Source of the DNA: Gammaproteobacteria bacterium
Lineage (GTDB): Bacteria; Pseudomonadota; Gammaproteobacteria; JBCCGL01
DNA length: 64,000 nucleotides
Direction: 5' to 3'
Assembly (NCBI GenBank): GCA_965277715.1
Contig: OZ255836.1
Span: forward strand, 3,072,001 to 3,136,000
Shown here: positions 1-9,148 of the stretch, piece after piece
How the letters are laid out: every line of letters begins with the position of its first letter
Position numbering within the stretch: position 1 is the first letter of the stretch
Made by a program: the position numbers and the translations under genes
Notes under the pieces: generated by a model
The model's input: only the letters and a program-made list of their open reading frames with translations
What the model was told of the DNA's origin: nothing
Database searches by the model: none

Positions 1-238
1 CGGCGGCGGCATTTCTGGCTTCTGTGTATAGGTTTTCTTCAACGCTGTCTTCAGGGAGTGGTACAAAGCCCAGTTTTTCTAATACGCTGGAAGAAAGTGC
101 ACCCAGCTTGCGGCACGAAACGACCTCATCAATGGCCAGTACGCGCACCTTTTCGCCACCTGTCGTCAAGTCGATAAAAGAACAACCTCCCGCGCCAAAT
201 ACGGCGAATGAGATAAGGAGCAGTATACGTGCAATCAT
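1..238 (-). CDS. DUF4156-like lipoprotein (partial, runs off window start)
   Basis: Manual translation MIARILLLISFAVFGAGGCSFIDLTTGGEKVRVLAIDEVVSCRKLG...EARNAAA; lipobox-like AGGC; not in the ORF track. Confidence 0.6.
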   Translation of the reverse strand, partial: MIARILLLISFAVFGAGGCSFIDLTTGGEKVRVLAIDEVVSCRKLGALSSSVLEKLGFVPLPEDSVEENLYTEARNAAA

Positions 239-298
239 GGGTTATCTCTCTTTATTCACTGAGTCTGCTATTCCAGCATAACATCAATTGTCTGTACA

Positions 299-868
299 TT
301 AATTGCCTGTTTCGAGGCTACCTGTTTTTAACCATGCATTATAAGCCGCATTTATTTTTTCGGCGGTTATTTCTGGCAGGGTATACGATGTATCGACAAC
401 CAGATCGTAGTTTTCGTGGTTGCGAAAATGAATATTGTACAGCTTTGTAAACCTCACATCTTCAAGCTGTTGCCTGTCGTTGTTATTGGTCAGGGTTTGT
501 TCTAGGGAGGGGTTTTCCTCGCTACGCCTTTTTGCCTGGAACACACGCTCGGCCCCCACCATGGGGTCGACGGACAGGTAGACTTTAAAAGAGTCTGGAA
601 TAAAGTGCCAGGCCAGCCTCGAATCGACGATTAACTGGCTTTCAGTTTTACCGATATTGATTAGCTGGGAGTCTATTTCGTCGTCGACGCTTCTATCGGT
701 TTGTGACAGTTTGTTAAGCGCCAGTGTCGTCATGCCGCGTTGTTCTGCTATGGCCCGCTGTATGCTGCCCGTCCCGAGTATTGCAAAGCCGGTTAACTGC
801 TTCAGCGCACTGGCGACGGATGACTTTCCACTACCTATATCACCCGAAATGGACAGGATTTGTTTCAT
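299..868 (-). CDS. Cytidylate kinase-like P-loop nucleotide kinase (archaeal Cmk-like family)
   Basis: SGDIGSGKS P-loop, IAEQRGM, DSRLAWHF, YDLVVDTS. Confidence 0.75.
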   Translation of the reverse strand: MKQILSISGDIGSGKSSVASALKQLTGFAILGTGSIQRAIAEQRGMTTLALNKLSQTDRSVDDEIDSQLINIGKTESQLIVDSRLAWHFIPDSFKVYLSVDPMVGAERVFQAKRRSEENPSLEQTLTNNNDRQQLEDVRFTKLYNIHFRNHENYDLVVDTSYTLPEITAEKINAAYNAWLKTGSLETGN

Positions 869-987
869 ATTTACACTCGTTGTCGACTGGCCCTTTCGCT
901 AAAGGGGTAAATTTTCCAGTATTATAGTCTCTGTGAGGTGACAGCACATAGCCAGTCAAGTTTCCCCGTTAGTGTTATATTACTTTT

Positions 988-1112
988 AACCTAAATTCCG
1001 CAGTTGAATCGTAGCGAGGGCGTCTAAGGTGCTGAAGCTGAAATGCTGGTAAAAGCGCTTTAGATTCTGTGCATTAGGTGCTCGCAGTAGATTCAACTGC
1101 GGAATTTAGGTT
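988..1112. repeat. Palindromic MITE-like repeat family A, short form (125 bp)
   Basis: Ends AACCTAAATTCCGCAGTTGAATC / GATTCAACTGCGGAATTTAGGTT; 54-bp internal deletion relative to copies at 2576 and 12658. Confidence 0.9.
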
Positions 1113-1172
1113 TAAGGTTTCTCACACCCGGCACCGCAGATAGACAATAACAATTTTGACAAGGCATACTCC

Positions 1173-2120
1173 ATGACCAGGCTATACCCGCAAATACGGC
1201 ACAACTGTGAACACGCTTTTGAGGTTGGCGATGGACATACCCTGTATGGACGCGAATACGGTAATCCGGCGGGTATTCCCGCTGTATTCTTACACGGCGG
1301 GCCGGGGTCGGGTTGTGAGCCTTATCACTCGCGTTTTTTTGACCCTCAAAAATACCGCATTATTTTATTCGACCAACGGGGTGCCGGGCGCTCTACACCA
1401 CACGCCGCTCTGCACGCCAATACAACCCAGCATTTGATCGACGATCTTGAGCACATTCGCAATGCGCTGGGCGTTGACCGCTGGCTGGTATTTGGTGGCT
1501 CCTGGGGGTCGACGCTGGGTTTAGTGTATGCGCAGACCCACCCAGACAAGGTATTGGCGTTGGTGTTGCGCGGCATTTTTCTGTGCCGGGACAGTGATGT
1601 GCAGTGGTTTTACCAGCACGGCGCCCACCATCTGTTCCCCGATTATTGGGCCGATTTTTATCAGCATATTCCCGCCAGTGAGCGCGGTAATATGGTGGCC
1701 GCCTATCACCGTCGGTTGACGGGTGATGATGAGATTGCCCGCATGGCTGCCGCCAAGATCTGGTCGCAGTGGGAGGGGCGAACGGCGTCACTATTGCCCA
1801 GCCCTTCATTGCGTGATCACTTTGCCGATTTGCATGTGGCGCTGAGCCTGGCACGTATCGAGTGCCATTATTTTTTCAATCACTGCTGGTTGGAGGCGGG
1901 ACAGTTACTGCGCGATGCCGGGCGCCTGCACGATATTCCCGGTGTGATTGTGCATGGCCGCTACGATGTGGTGTGCCCGATAACGCAGGCGTTTGAGTTG
2001 CACGCTGCCTGGCCTCAGGCGGAACTGCAGGTTATCCTGGATGCCGGTCATGCGGCGTCTGAACCGGGTATCAGCGCGGCGCTGGTGCAGGCCACCGATA
2101 AATTTGCCCGCCAGTTGTAA
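1173..2120 (+). CDS. pip: Proline iminopeptidase
   Basis: HGGPG, DQRGAGRS, GGSWG nucleophile, GRYD, AGH motifs. Confidence 0.95.
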   Translation: MTRLYPQIRHNCEHAFEVGDGHTLYGREYGNPAGIPAVFLHGGPGSGCEPYHSRFFDPQKYRIILFDQRGAGRSTPHAALHANTTQHLIDDLEHIRNALGVDRWLVFGGSWGSTLGLVYAQTHPDKVLALVLRGIFLCRDSDVQWFYQHGAHHLFPDYWADFYQHIPASERGNMVAAYHRRLTGDDEIARMAAAKIWSQWEGRTASLLPSPSLRDHFADLHVALSLARIECHYFFNHCWLEAGQLLRDAGRLHDIPGVIVHGRYDVVCPITQAFELHAAWPQAELQVILDAGHAASEPGISAALVQATDKFARQL

Positions 2121-2123
2121 GCG

Positions 2124-2576
2124 TTGATTGGTTTACTGCAACGCGTTTGTCACGCCAGTGTGGTGGTTGGTGGTGAGACAGTTGCCACAATCCAACAAGG
2201 CTTGCTGGTGCTGGTGGGGGTCGAGCGCAAGGATCAACACGCGCAGGCTGACCGGTTATTGGCGCGCTTATTGGGGTACCGGGTATTCTCTGACGCAGAC
2301 GGCAAAATGAATCACAGCGTGCGCGATGTTGGCGGCGGTTTATTGCTGGTCCCACAATTTACCCTGGCTGCCGATACACACAAAGGTGCCCGCCCCAGCT
2401 TTACCCCAGCGGCACCCCCGGCAGAGGGGGAGGTATTGTTCAATTATCTGGTTAAGCAGGCAAAGACACTGCACCAACCTGTTGAGGCCGGTATTTTTGG
2501 CGCTGATATGCAGGTGAGCCTGGTCAATGACGGGCCAGTGACATTTTGCCTGACAGTACGCAATAGCGAAGGTTAA
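2124..2576 (+). CDS. dtd: D-aminoacyl-tRNA deacylase
   Basis: [26 protein letters not shown]. Confidence 0.95.
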   Translation: MIGLLQRVCHASVVVGGETVATIQQGLLVLVGVERKDQHAQADRLLARLLGYRVFSDADGKMNHSVRDVGGGLLLVPQFTLAADTHKGARPSFTPAAPPAEGEVLFNYLVKQAKTLHQPVEAGIFGADMQVSLVNDGPVTFCLTVRNSEG

Positions 2577-2754
2577 ACCTAAATTCCGCAGTTGAATCGT
2601 GGCGAGGGCGTATAAGGGGCTGAAGATGAAGTGTTTTTACCCGCATTTTAGCCATCCTGTCGTCATTCTACAGGTGAAGCTGAAATGCGGGTTAAAGCGC
2701 TTTAGATTCTGTGCATTAGCTGCTCGCAGTAAATTCAACTGCGGAATTTAGGTT
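2576..2754. repeat. Palindromic MITE-like repeat family A, long form (179 bp)
   Basis: Same terminal inverted repeats; lies between convergent dtd and TraB/GumN genes, overlapping both stop codons. Confidence 0.9.
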
Positions 2755-3610
2755 AAAACACCGCACGTTCCACTGAAAAACCACGCGCTTTCAGTAGTTG
2801 CAGTAAACCCTCTTCGCCGACCAGGTGAAGTGCACCCACGAGTATCAGTTCAGTTTCGCCTGTGTTTAGCATGTTGATAATCTGCGGTAGCCAGTCATTG
2901 TTGCGATTCACTAATAACAATTGGTACAGCTCGGGATAGTCGCGCTGCATGGGGGCTAACGCGGCGCGTTCCAGGCGTTCCATATCACCATCGCGCCAGC
3001 TTTGTTTTATTTCATGTAAGACGGGTTTTAAATTTTCCAGATCACGCAGGGTGTTAAGCAGTAAGGCATCTTCGTTGCCCTCACCCATACTGGCAATGAA
3101 CTGAATTTGTTGTTCCGGCTGTTCCAGTTGGCCTGTCAGTTTATGCTCGTTGCGGGCGCGCTCAAAAAAGTATTGATCGACACCTCTTTCGTCAAGCCCC
3201 AGGCGCTTTATCTCTATCACTGACATGGACAGGCTAAGCATTGCCGGTTTGATGTGTTCAAAGGCAGTCACCGACATACCGCGCGCGGTAAAAAAATTTT
3301 TTACTAATTGGTAAGTGCGCGGCTGTAGCTGTGTTTTTAGGGTTTTTCCATTGCGATATGTCACTTGCTGCATCAACAATTGTTGAAGATGGGGTTGGCT
3401 GAGTTGGAGTAAATCGGTTTCTAATACGACTATATCGGCTGACAGGTAGGCCTGATCGAATGCCTGTGGCAGCGGAAAATCGTCTGGACCAAGCATATGG
3501 ATCGTACCGCCCAAATACAGTGTGTGGTCGCTGTTACTGATTTGCCACAGTGAGGTTTTCGCCACACTGCTGGTGGCAAACAAAGTGAATAGGAGAATAA
3601 ACCAGCGCAT
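2753..3610 (-). CDS. TraB/GumN family protein
   Basis: Signal peptide MRWFILL..., YLGGTIH, RNNDW, LVGALHLVG; ATG at 3610 preferred over 3634. Confidence 0.9.
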   Translation of the reverse strand: MRWFILLFTLFATSSVAKTSLWQISNSDHTLYLGGTIHMLGPDDFPLPQAFDQAYLSADIVVLETDLLQLSQPHLQQLLMQQVTYRNGKTLKTQLQPRTYQLVKNFFTARGMSVTAFEHIKPAMLSLSMSVIEIKRLGLDERGVDQYFFERARNEHKLTGQLEQPEQQIQFIASMGEGNEDALLLNTLRDLENLKPVLHEIKQSWRDGDMERLERAALAPMQRDYPELYQLLLVNRNNDWLPQIINMLNTGETELILVGALHLVGEEGLLQLLKARGFSVERAVF

Positions 3611-3630
3611 ATTGATACCATCTTTTGTTG

Positions 3631-4377
3631 TCAATTACCGCCGGTAACATCAATAAACGTGCCAGTTGAATAACTGGATACCGCTGAAGCCAGCCACAAA
3701 ATAGCCTCGGCGACTTCCTCTGGTTGGCCACCGCGCCGCAACGGCACATTGGCTTTAACGCGATCGACACGCCCCGGCTCACCGCCACTGGTGTGTATGT
3801 CTGTATAGATATATCCGGGGCGCACCGCGTTAACGCGAATACCCTCGCCAGCAAGCTCCTTCGCCAAGCCAATGGTCAGGGTGTCGATAGCCCCTTTTGA
3901 GGCGGCGTAGTCGACATACTCTCCCGGTGAGCCGAGCCGGGCAGCGCCGGAGGATACATTCACGATAGCGCCGCCATCGCCACCGTGCCTGGTCGACATA
4001 CGACGAATAGCCTCGCGAGCACAGAGGAAACTGCCGGTAATATTGGTGGCAAAAATCCGGTTTAGACGCGCTGCATCCATCGCCTCGACACGCATTTGTA
4101 CGTCGAGGATGCCCGCGTTGTTGACCAGCACTGCAAGCTGACCAGGCAGTTGGTCTATCTGCCCGAACATCGCCATCAATTCCGCTTCACTGGCAATATC
4201 GGCAGCTATCGCTACCGCTTTGCCGCCATCCCGCTGAATGGCGGTCACCACATCCTGTGCCGCCTGGTGGTTATGTTGGTAGTTGATACAGACACTGTAT
4301 CCCTGGCTTGCAGCCAACCGGGCAGTGGCTGCACCAATGCCACGACTGCCGCCGGTAATTAATAGAATGTTATCCAT
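3631..4377 (-). CDS. SDR family oxidoreductase
   Basis: TGGSRGIG, NNAG, YAASK. Confidence 0.93.
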   Translation of the reverse strand: MDNILLITGGSRGIGAATARLAASQGYSVCINYQHNHQAAQDVVTAIQRDGGKAVAIAADIASEAELMAMFGQIDQLPGQLAVLVNNAGILDVQMRVEAMDAARLNRIFATNITGSFLCAREAIRRMSTRHGGDGGAIVNVSSGAARLGSPGEYVDYAASKGAIDTLTIGLAKELAGEGIRVNAVRPGYIYTDIHTSGGEPGRVDRVKANVPLRRGGQPEEVAEAILWLASAVSSYSTGTFIDVTGGN

Positions 4378-4379
4378 TA

Positions 4380-4411
4380 GTACACCGTCTACCTTATATT
4401 GACGGGTTTAG
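4380..4411. repeat. Solo terminal repeat of repeat family B
   Basis: GTACACCGTCTACCTTATATTGACGGGTTTAG matches the 32-bp TIR at 55228 with 2 mismatches. Confidence 0.8.
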
Positions 4412-4447
4412 GCGTTCGTGACGAGAGGGCCGGAAAGCCGTTTACTT

Positions 4448-5722
4448 TTACTGCGGCGCAGGAATCGGCGTGTAACTGTCCTGGTGGTAATAGTCATATC
4501 TATTGAGTGTTTCATTGGTAAATGTCCACGCTTCGTTGTAGCTGAGATTACTGTCATCCGGGATAATCACCTTAATATAAAGCTGGTTTTTATACTGTTG
4601 TTTTAATGCGGCCAGCTCGGCGTGCATAGCGGCCTTATCAACAGTATAAAACGCAGCGTCTTCAGGTTTTTTCATCGTGATGACGCGGTTATCACCGTCG
4701 CGGGTGTAGCGTAGTGATACGACGTACTTACCTTTTGCACTCCGCGCAGGCCGCACCAGCTTATCGTATTTTGATTTCAGCTCGTTGTATTCGTTACGCA
4801 ATTCGGCGAGTCTTTCCTCTGATAGCTGCACGGTTTCAATTTGAGTCGACGATGCACTTTGCAGTTGTTCTATACGCGTATCCGAGGCCGCCAATTGGGC
4901 AATCATCTGGGTCAATTCCCCGCGTGACAGGTTGTATTGTTGTTGCAAGGCATTCAGCGATTGGCTGGTTGACTCAAGCTGTGCGAGGGTAGATGCCAAT
5001 TCACCCTCGGTACTGAGCCGCTGTTGTTGTGACTGTTCGAATTGTTGTTGGGATTGTTCAAGTTGCTGCTGCAGCGCAGCAAGTGTTCTATTCGCCGTCT
5101 CATTGCGTGTTTGCGATTCGGCGAGCTGTGTTTCCAGTGTCGCACCGCGTGCCTGTGAGGCGGCCAACTGCGTTTCCAGTGTCGCACCACGTGCCTGTGA
5201 GGCAGCCAACTGCGTTTCCAGTGTCGCACCACGTGCCTGTGAGGCGGCCAACTGCTTTTCCAGTGTCGCACCGCGTGCCTGTGAGGCAGCCAACTGCGTT
5301 TCCAGTGTTGCAGCGCGTGCCTGTGAGGCGACTAGCTGCGTTTCCAATGATTCACGCGTGAGTGTGAGTGCCGCAATTTTCTCCTGTGCTGTGGTCAGTT
5401 GGCCTTTCAGGTCGAATTTCTCTTCCATCGTTTGCAGTTGCTGCAAGCGCGACATGGCCAATTGATGCTGAGTGGCCTCCAGACGCTCCTCCAGCGTGGC
5501 ATTTTCTGCCAGCGACCCTTCAATGAGTTTAGTGGCAAGTTGCTTGGCCTCTTCCGATTCGGTCAGTTGCTGCATCAATTCGCTGTTGCGCAGAATCAAT
5601 GTTGCCGAGGTGATTAAAAAAATCATCACCACGACCATCATAATATCGGTAAACGAGGGCCAGAAACTTTCGTCTGCCTGGCCTCCTACGTGATTGAGCC
5701 GAAGATCGGTAAAGCCGCTCAT
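4448..5722 (-). CDS. MotB/ExbD-like membrane-anchored protein with long coiled coil
   Basis: N-terminal FWPSFTDIMMVVVMIFL TM helix with conserved Asp; about 270 aa of heptad coiled coil; no recognisable OmpA-like PG-binding domain. Confidence 0.75.
   Translation of the reverse strand: MSGFTDLRLNHVGGQADESFWPSFTDIMMVVVMIFLITSATLILRNSELMQQLTESEEAKQLATKLIEGSLAENATLEERLEATQHQLAMSRLQQLQTMEEKFDLKGQLTTAQEKIAALTLTRESLETQLVASQARAATLETQLAASQARGATLEKQLAASQARGATLETQLAASQARGATLETQLAASQARGATLETQLAESQTRNETANRTLAALQQQLEQSQQQFEQSQQQRLSTEGELASTLAQLESTSQSLNALQQQYNLSRGELTQMIAQLAASDTRIEQLQSASSTQIETVQLSEERLAELRNEYNELKSKYDKLVRPARSAKGKYVVSLRYTRDGDNRVITMKKPEDAAFYTVDKAAMHAELAALKQQYKNQLYIKVIIPDDSNLSYNEAWTFTNETLNRYDYYHQDSYTPIPAPQ
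5131..5340. repeat. Intragenic 42-bp tandem repeat x5 (LETQLAASQARGAT)
   Basis: Units start at 5131, 5173, 5215, 5257, 5299. Confidence 0.95.
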
Positions 5723-6651
5723 CAGTGATCGAGTCGAAAGCCTGCGCGTAGGGTTGTCAACATGTCCTGGAGTTGCTGGTTCATAAGATGCAACTGCTCA
5801 GACTGCTGGTCAATACTGGTTGTCAGTTGGTTGCCGCCGCCACCGCTGGCGGGGTCTCCCTGCATTTGCTGCATCGATTCACTGACACTGCGCAAGGCAT
5901 TCACCAGGCTGGCGATATCACCGAGCACTTTGTCCTGGGAAACACTGAAACGCGGCATTAAACGCTCCAGCGAAACGCACTCCAGCACGCTGATAACATG
6001 GGTTTGAATATCGGCGGTACGCACGTAGAAATAACCAAAAAACATAAAACAGACAATCGCGGTAATGGTGGTGGACAACGCCGTGGACATGCCGTGTACA
6101 ACCAGGTTCATGCCCCCCAGACTCTCCGTAGTCTGCAATAAATCAGAGGCCCCGAGCAATGCAATCGACAGTGAAACAATAGTGCCAAACACACCTGTGA
6201 GAATCAGTATGTTATTGACAAATTTTGGCAGGCTGTTACGTGAGCTTTCTTTGGCCACCAGAATCGCGGCCAGTGCACCCTGATCAATCGGTGAGCTGTT
6301 GCGCCACATGCTTTGCATACTGGTGTAGCGTTGCCCGATAAGCGAATGCTCATCGATATTGGCCATCGCCATATCGGGGTTGATGAAATCATTCTCAAGA
6401 AAGTGACTGATAGCAATTTCCTGCTTCCGATAAAACAGCAGATTACTAACCACCTTGCCTATACCAAGTACAAACATCAGCAAAATAAGCCCGTTAACAA
6501 ATGCGCCGGTTTGGGTCAGTTGTTTACTAAAGTAGACATTGATCAGAAAATTATGATTGAGCACTATAATGACGACCACCCCAATAGTGGCCAATAGCAT
6601 CAATAATAGTGTGTTTCGACTCAGCGACGGTGTGTATTTTTCTATCTGCAT
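5722..6651 (-). CDS. MotA/TolQ/ExbB proton channel family protein
   Basis: LTGVFGTIVSL and GMSTALSTT motifs, 4 TM helices; stop overlaps downstream ATG. Confidence 0.8.
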   Translation of the reverse strand: MQIEKYTPSLSRNTLLLMLLATIGVVVIIVLNHNFLINVYFSKQLTQTGAFVNGLILLMFVLGIGKVVSNLLFYRKQEIAISHFLENDFINPDMAMANIDEHSLIGQRYTSMQSMWRNSSPIDQGALAAILVAKESSRNSLPKFVNNILILTGVFGTIVSLSIALLGASDLLQTTESLGGMNLVVHGMSTALSTTITAIVCFMFFGYFYVRTADIQTHVISVLECVSLERLMPRFSVSQDKVLGDIASLVNALRSVSESMQQMQGDPASGGGGNQLTTSIDQQSEQLHLMNQQLQDMLTTLRAGFRLDH

Positions 6652-6867
6652 AAACTGCGAAAATTCCGTGCGGGTTTAAAATTATCGGTTTGCGAGCCTG
6701 CACGCGTACCATCTTTTCAGGCAATGCAAAAGGGTAATCTAGCTGGCCATATGACACAAGAGCTACATTCAGTGAAATTTTTGTGGAAAACGCCGACTAG
6801 GCCCCATGTATTAGCCAATAATTGCTCCAGAAAAAAATGTTCTGGAGCAATTGGTTGCAGATTAATA

Positions 6868-7491
6868 TCAATCGTAATGCTGCGCCCATACTTTCGATAC
6901 GGCCGGTCGTTGACGCACAGTGTCACAAAGACATTTGAGTTTTGGGCAGCGCGCCAGTAATACCTCTGGCTGTTCATGCCAGAACACCAGCATTAACAGG
7001 TAGGGGTCGATGACGCTGTATTGGTCACCCAGCATATACGGCCCCGCACCGATTTCACCTTCCAGTAAGTCCCAGGCTTCGTCCATATAGGTTCTGGCCG
7101 ATTGCTGGACTTTGTCTGCGCTACTTGCGTCGGTGGTGTATCGGTCGCTGTAGTACAGGCGTAAGTCTGCCTCGTAAATATTCGTTGCCGCATACAGCAA
7201 CCAGCGATAAACCTGGGCGCGGGCTGCGCTACCAGCGGCGGGCAATAAACCGGCAGCGGGATGACTATCGGCGATCTGCAACATCATGGCGGCTGATTCG
7301 GTCAGTATTGACCCGTCTGCCAGGGTCATCGCCGGGATTTGCCCACGCGGGTTAATCGCCAAAAAATCGGCGTGCGTTTCCTCCCCCTTATCCATGTCCA
7401 ATACCACACGCTGGTAATCGACACCGATCTCCTCCAGCGCTATCTGTGGCGCCAGCGCGCCTGTTTGTTTGGCCCAATAGAGTGTGTACAT
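6868..7491 (-). CDS. Glutathione S-transferase family protein
   Basis: INPRGQIP, LTESAA, YSVIDPYL. Confidence 0.92.
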   Translation of the reverse strand: MYTLYWAKQTGALAPQIALEEIGVDYQRVVLDMDKGEETHADFLAINPRGQIPAMTLADGSILTESAAMMLQIADSHPAAGLLPAAGSAARAQVYRWLLYAATNIYEADLRLYYSDRYTTDASSADKVQQSARTYMDEAWDLLEGEIGAGPYMLGDQYSVIDPYLLMLVFWHEQPEVLLARCPKLKCLCDTVRQRPAVSKVWAQHYD

Positions 7492-7614
7492 AGATTTTCA
7501 CCTGTTGTAATTATTGACAGTTACAACACATAGTGTGAAGGTTTATACACATAAATCATACCGCTTTCATCCGTATGCTTCAGCGCCTTACTGCGCACTA
7601 TGAAAATGCACTTA

Positions 7615-7629
7615 TGCGGAATTTAGGAT
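7615..7629. repeat. Solo end related to repeat family A
   Basis: TGCGGAATTTAGGAT ends 9 bp before the ATG at 7639. Confidence 0.55.
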
Positions 7630-7638
7630 TATCGACCC

Positions 7639-8904
7639 ATGAACAGTTTTTTTACCAACAGTCTCGACATCAGTGACCCATTGCTTGGCGAAGCCCTGCG
7701 CGGCGAACAACGGCGACAACAAACCCAAATAGAGCTTATCGCCTCAGAAAATAGTGTCAGCCGTGCAGTACTCGATGCGTTGGGCCACCCAATGACGAAC
7801 AAAACATTGGAGGGATACCCCGGCAACCGGTTTCACGGCGGGGCTGAGTTTGCCGATATTAGCGAGCGTGCAGCTATCGAACGCGCCCAGATGTTATTTG
7901 ACTGTGAATATGTCAATGTACAACCGCATTCCGGTACACAGGCAAACCAGGCCGTATTTTTTGCAGCTCTCCAGCCAGGGGATAGAATTCTCAGCCTCGA
8001 CCTGGCAGCCGGTGGGCATTTGAGCCACGGTGCAAAGCCGAATTTATCGGGGCGTTGGTTTTCAGCGCACCACTATGGTGTCGACCGTGACAGTGGCCTG
8101 ATTGATTACGATGCCCTGGAAGAGCAGGCTGAACAGGTGCGGCCAAATATGCTGATTACCGGTGGTTCAGCCTACCCACGCGAAATTGATTTTCAGCGGA
8201 TGCAGGCCATTGCCCGGCAGGTTGGTGCCGTATTTTTGGTCGATATGGCGCACATTGCCGGTCTGGTTGCCGCTGGCGTTCACCCCTCTCCACTCGACTA
8301 CGCGGATGTGGTCACCTGCACTACCACAAAAACCCTGCGCGGCCCACGCGGTGGCCTGATTCTGTCACGCGATAAACAGTGGGAAAAACCCCTGCAATCC
8401 GCTATTTTTCCCGGTGTTCAGGGCAGCCTGCACACACAGGTTATCGCCGCTAAAGCTGTGTGCCTGGGCGAGGCGCTACGCGATGATTTCAAAGTATACG
8501 GTCAGCAGCTCAAACACAATGCGCGCACCTTGGCGGCGACACTGCAGGCACGTGGTATTGGTATAGTCAGTGGTGGCACGGACACGCACCTGGTGCTGCT
8601 GGATTTACGTGAATGCGGGCTAACAGGGCAAACGGTACAGGATATTTTAGGCGAGGCCAATATCACTTCAAACAAAAACCCGGTGCCCTTCGATTCACCA
8701 CGACCGTCGGCCTGGGGTGGTTTGCGGCTTGGTGCGGCGGCGGCAACCACACGTGGCCTACAACAGGAAGCGTTCACTGCGCTGGGCAATACAATTGCCG
8801 ATTTAATTGACGCATGCAACCGCAGCGACCAACAAGCGGTTATTGACCGGTCACGACATACTGTGGCGGACTTATGCCAGCGCTTTCCGATTTACACCAC
8901 CTGA
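7639..8904 (+). CDS. Serine hydroxymethyltransferase family, probably 2-methylserine hydroxymethyltransferase type
   Basis: LIASEN, NVQPHSG, DMAH; variant motifs NKTLEGYPG and TCTTTKTLRGPRGG. Confidence 0.85.
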   Translation: MNSFFTNSLDISDPLLGEALRGEQRRQQTQIELIASENSVSRAVLDALGHPMTNKTLEGYPGNRFHGGAEFADISERAAIERAQMLFDCEYVNVQPHSGTQANQAVFFAALQPGDRILSLDLAAGGHLSHGAKPNLSGRWFSAHHYGVDRDSGLIDYDALEEQAEQVRPNMLITGGSAYPREIDFQRMQAIARQVGAVFLVDMAHIAGLVAAGVHPSPLDYADVVTCTTTKTLRGPRGGLILSRDKQWEKPLQSAIFPGVQGSLHTQVIAAKAVCLGEALRDDFKVYGQQLKHNARTLAATLQARGIGIVSGGTDTHLVLLDLRECGLTGQTVQDILGEANITSNKNPVPFDSPRPSAWGGLRLGAAAATTRGLQQEAFTALGNTIADLIDACNRSDQQAVIDRSRHTVADLCQRFPIYTT

Positions 8905-9148
8905 GCCTGATTGCCACCGAACCCGGTACGGGAAAGGGCCACAATGGATCCCGTCCACGGTGATTAAAAACGCCCCAGAAGAAGCTATAAACAACGAATA
9001 AGGAACGTACACGAAACAAATTCCGGGATTCGTCAGTGCGATGTTCATTACAAACGCTGCATCACTACTACGCACAGCTCCGCCCCAGTGCTGTGCTTCG
9101 ATACTCTTCTTATCTGCCTGCCCGGGAGCCTGTCGGATTCAGCTTAAT

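Noticed and set aside
5131-5340. 42-bp repeats as a CRISPR array
   Set aside because: No unique spacers, the repeats are in-frame coding units, and there are no cas genes
4932-5465. Cys-rich repeat ORF on the + strand
   Set aside because: Antisense shadow of the coiled-coil gene
4448-6651. Zorya ZorAB defence system
   Set aside because: The long tail is on the MotB-like subunit, there is no OmpA domain, and no zorC/D/E neighbours are present
9125-9142. GGAGCCTGTCGGATTCAG, similar to 24236-24253
   Set aside because: Probably IS/MITE end remnants, but no partner ends were found, so no element can be delimited
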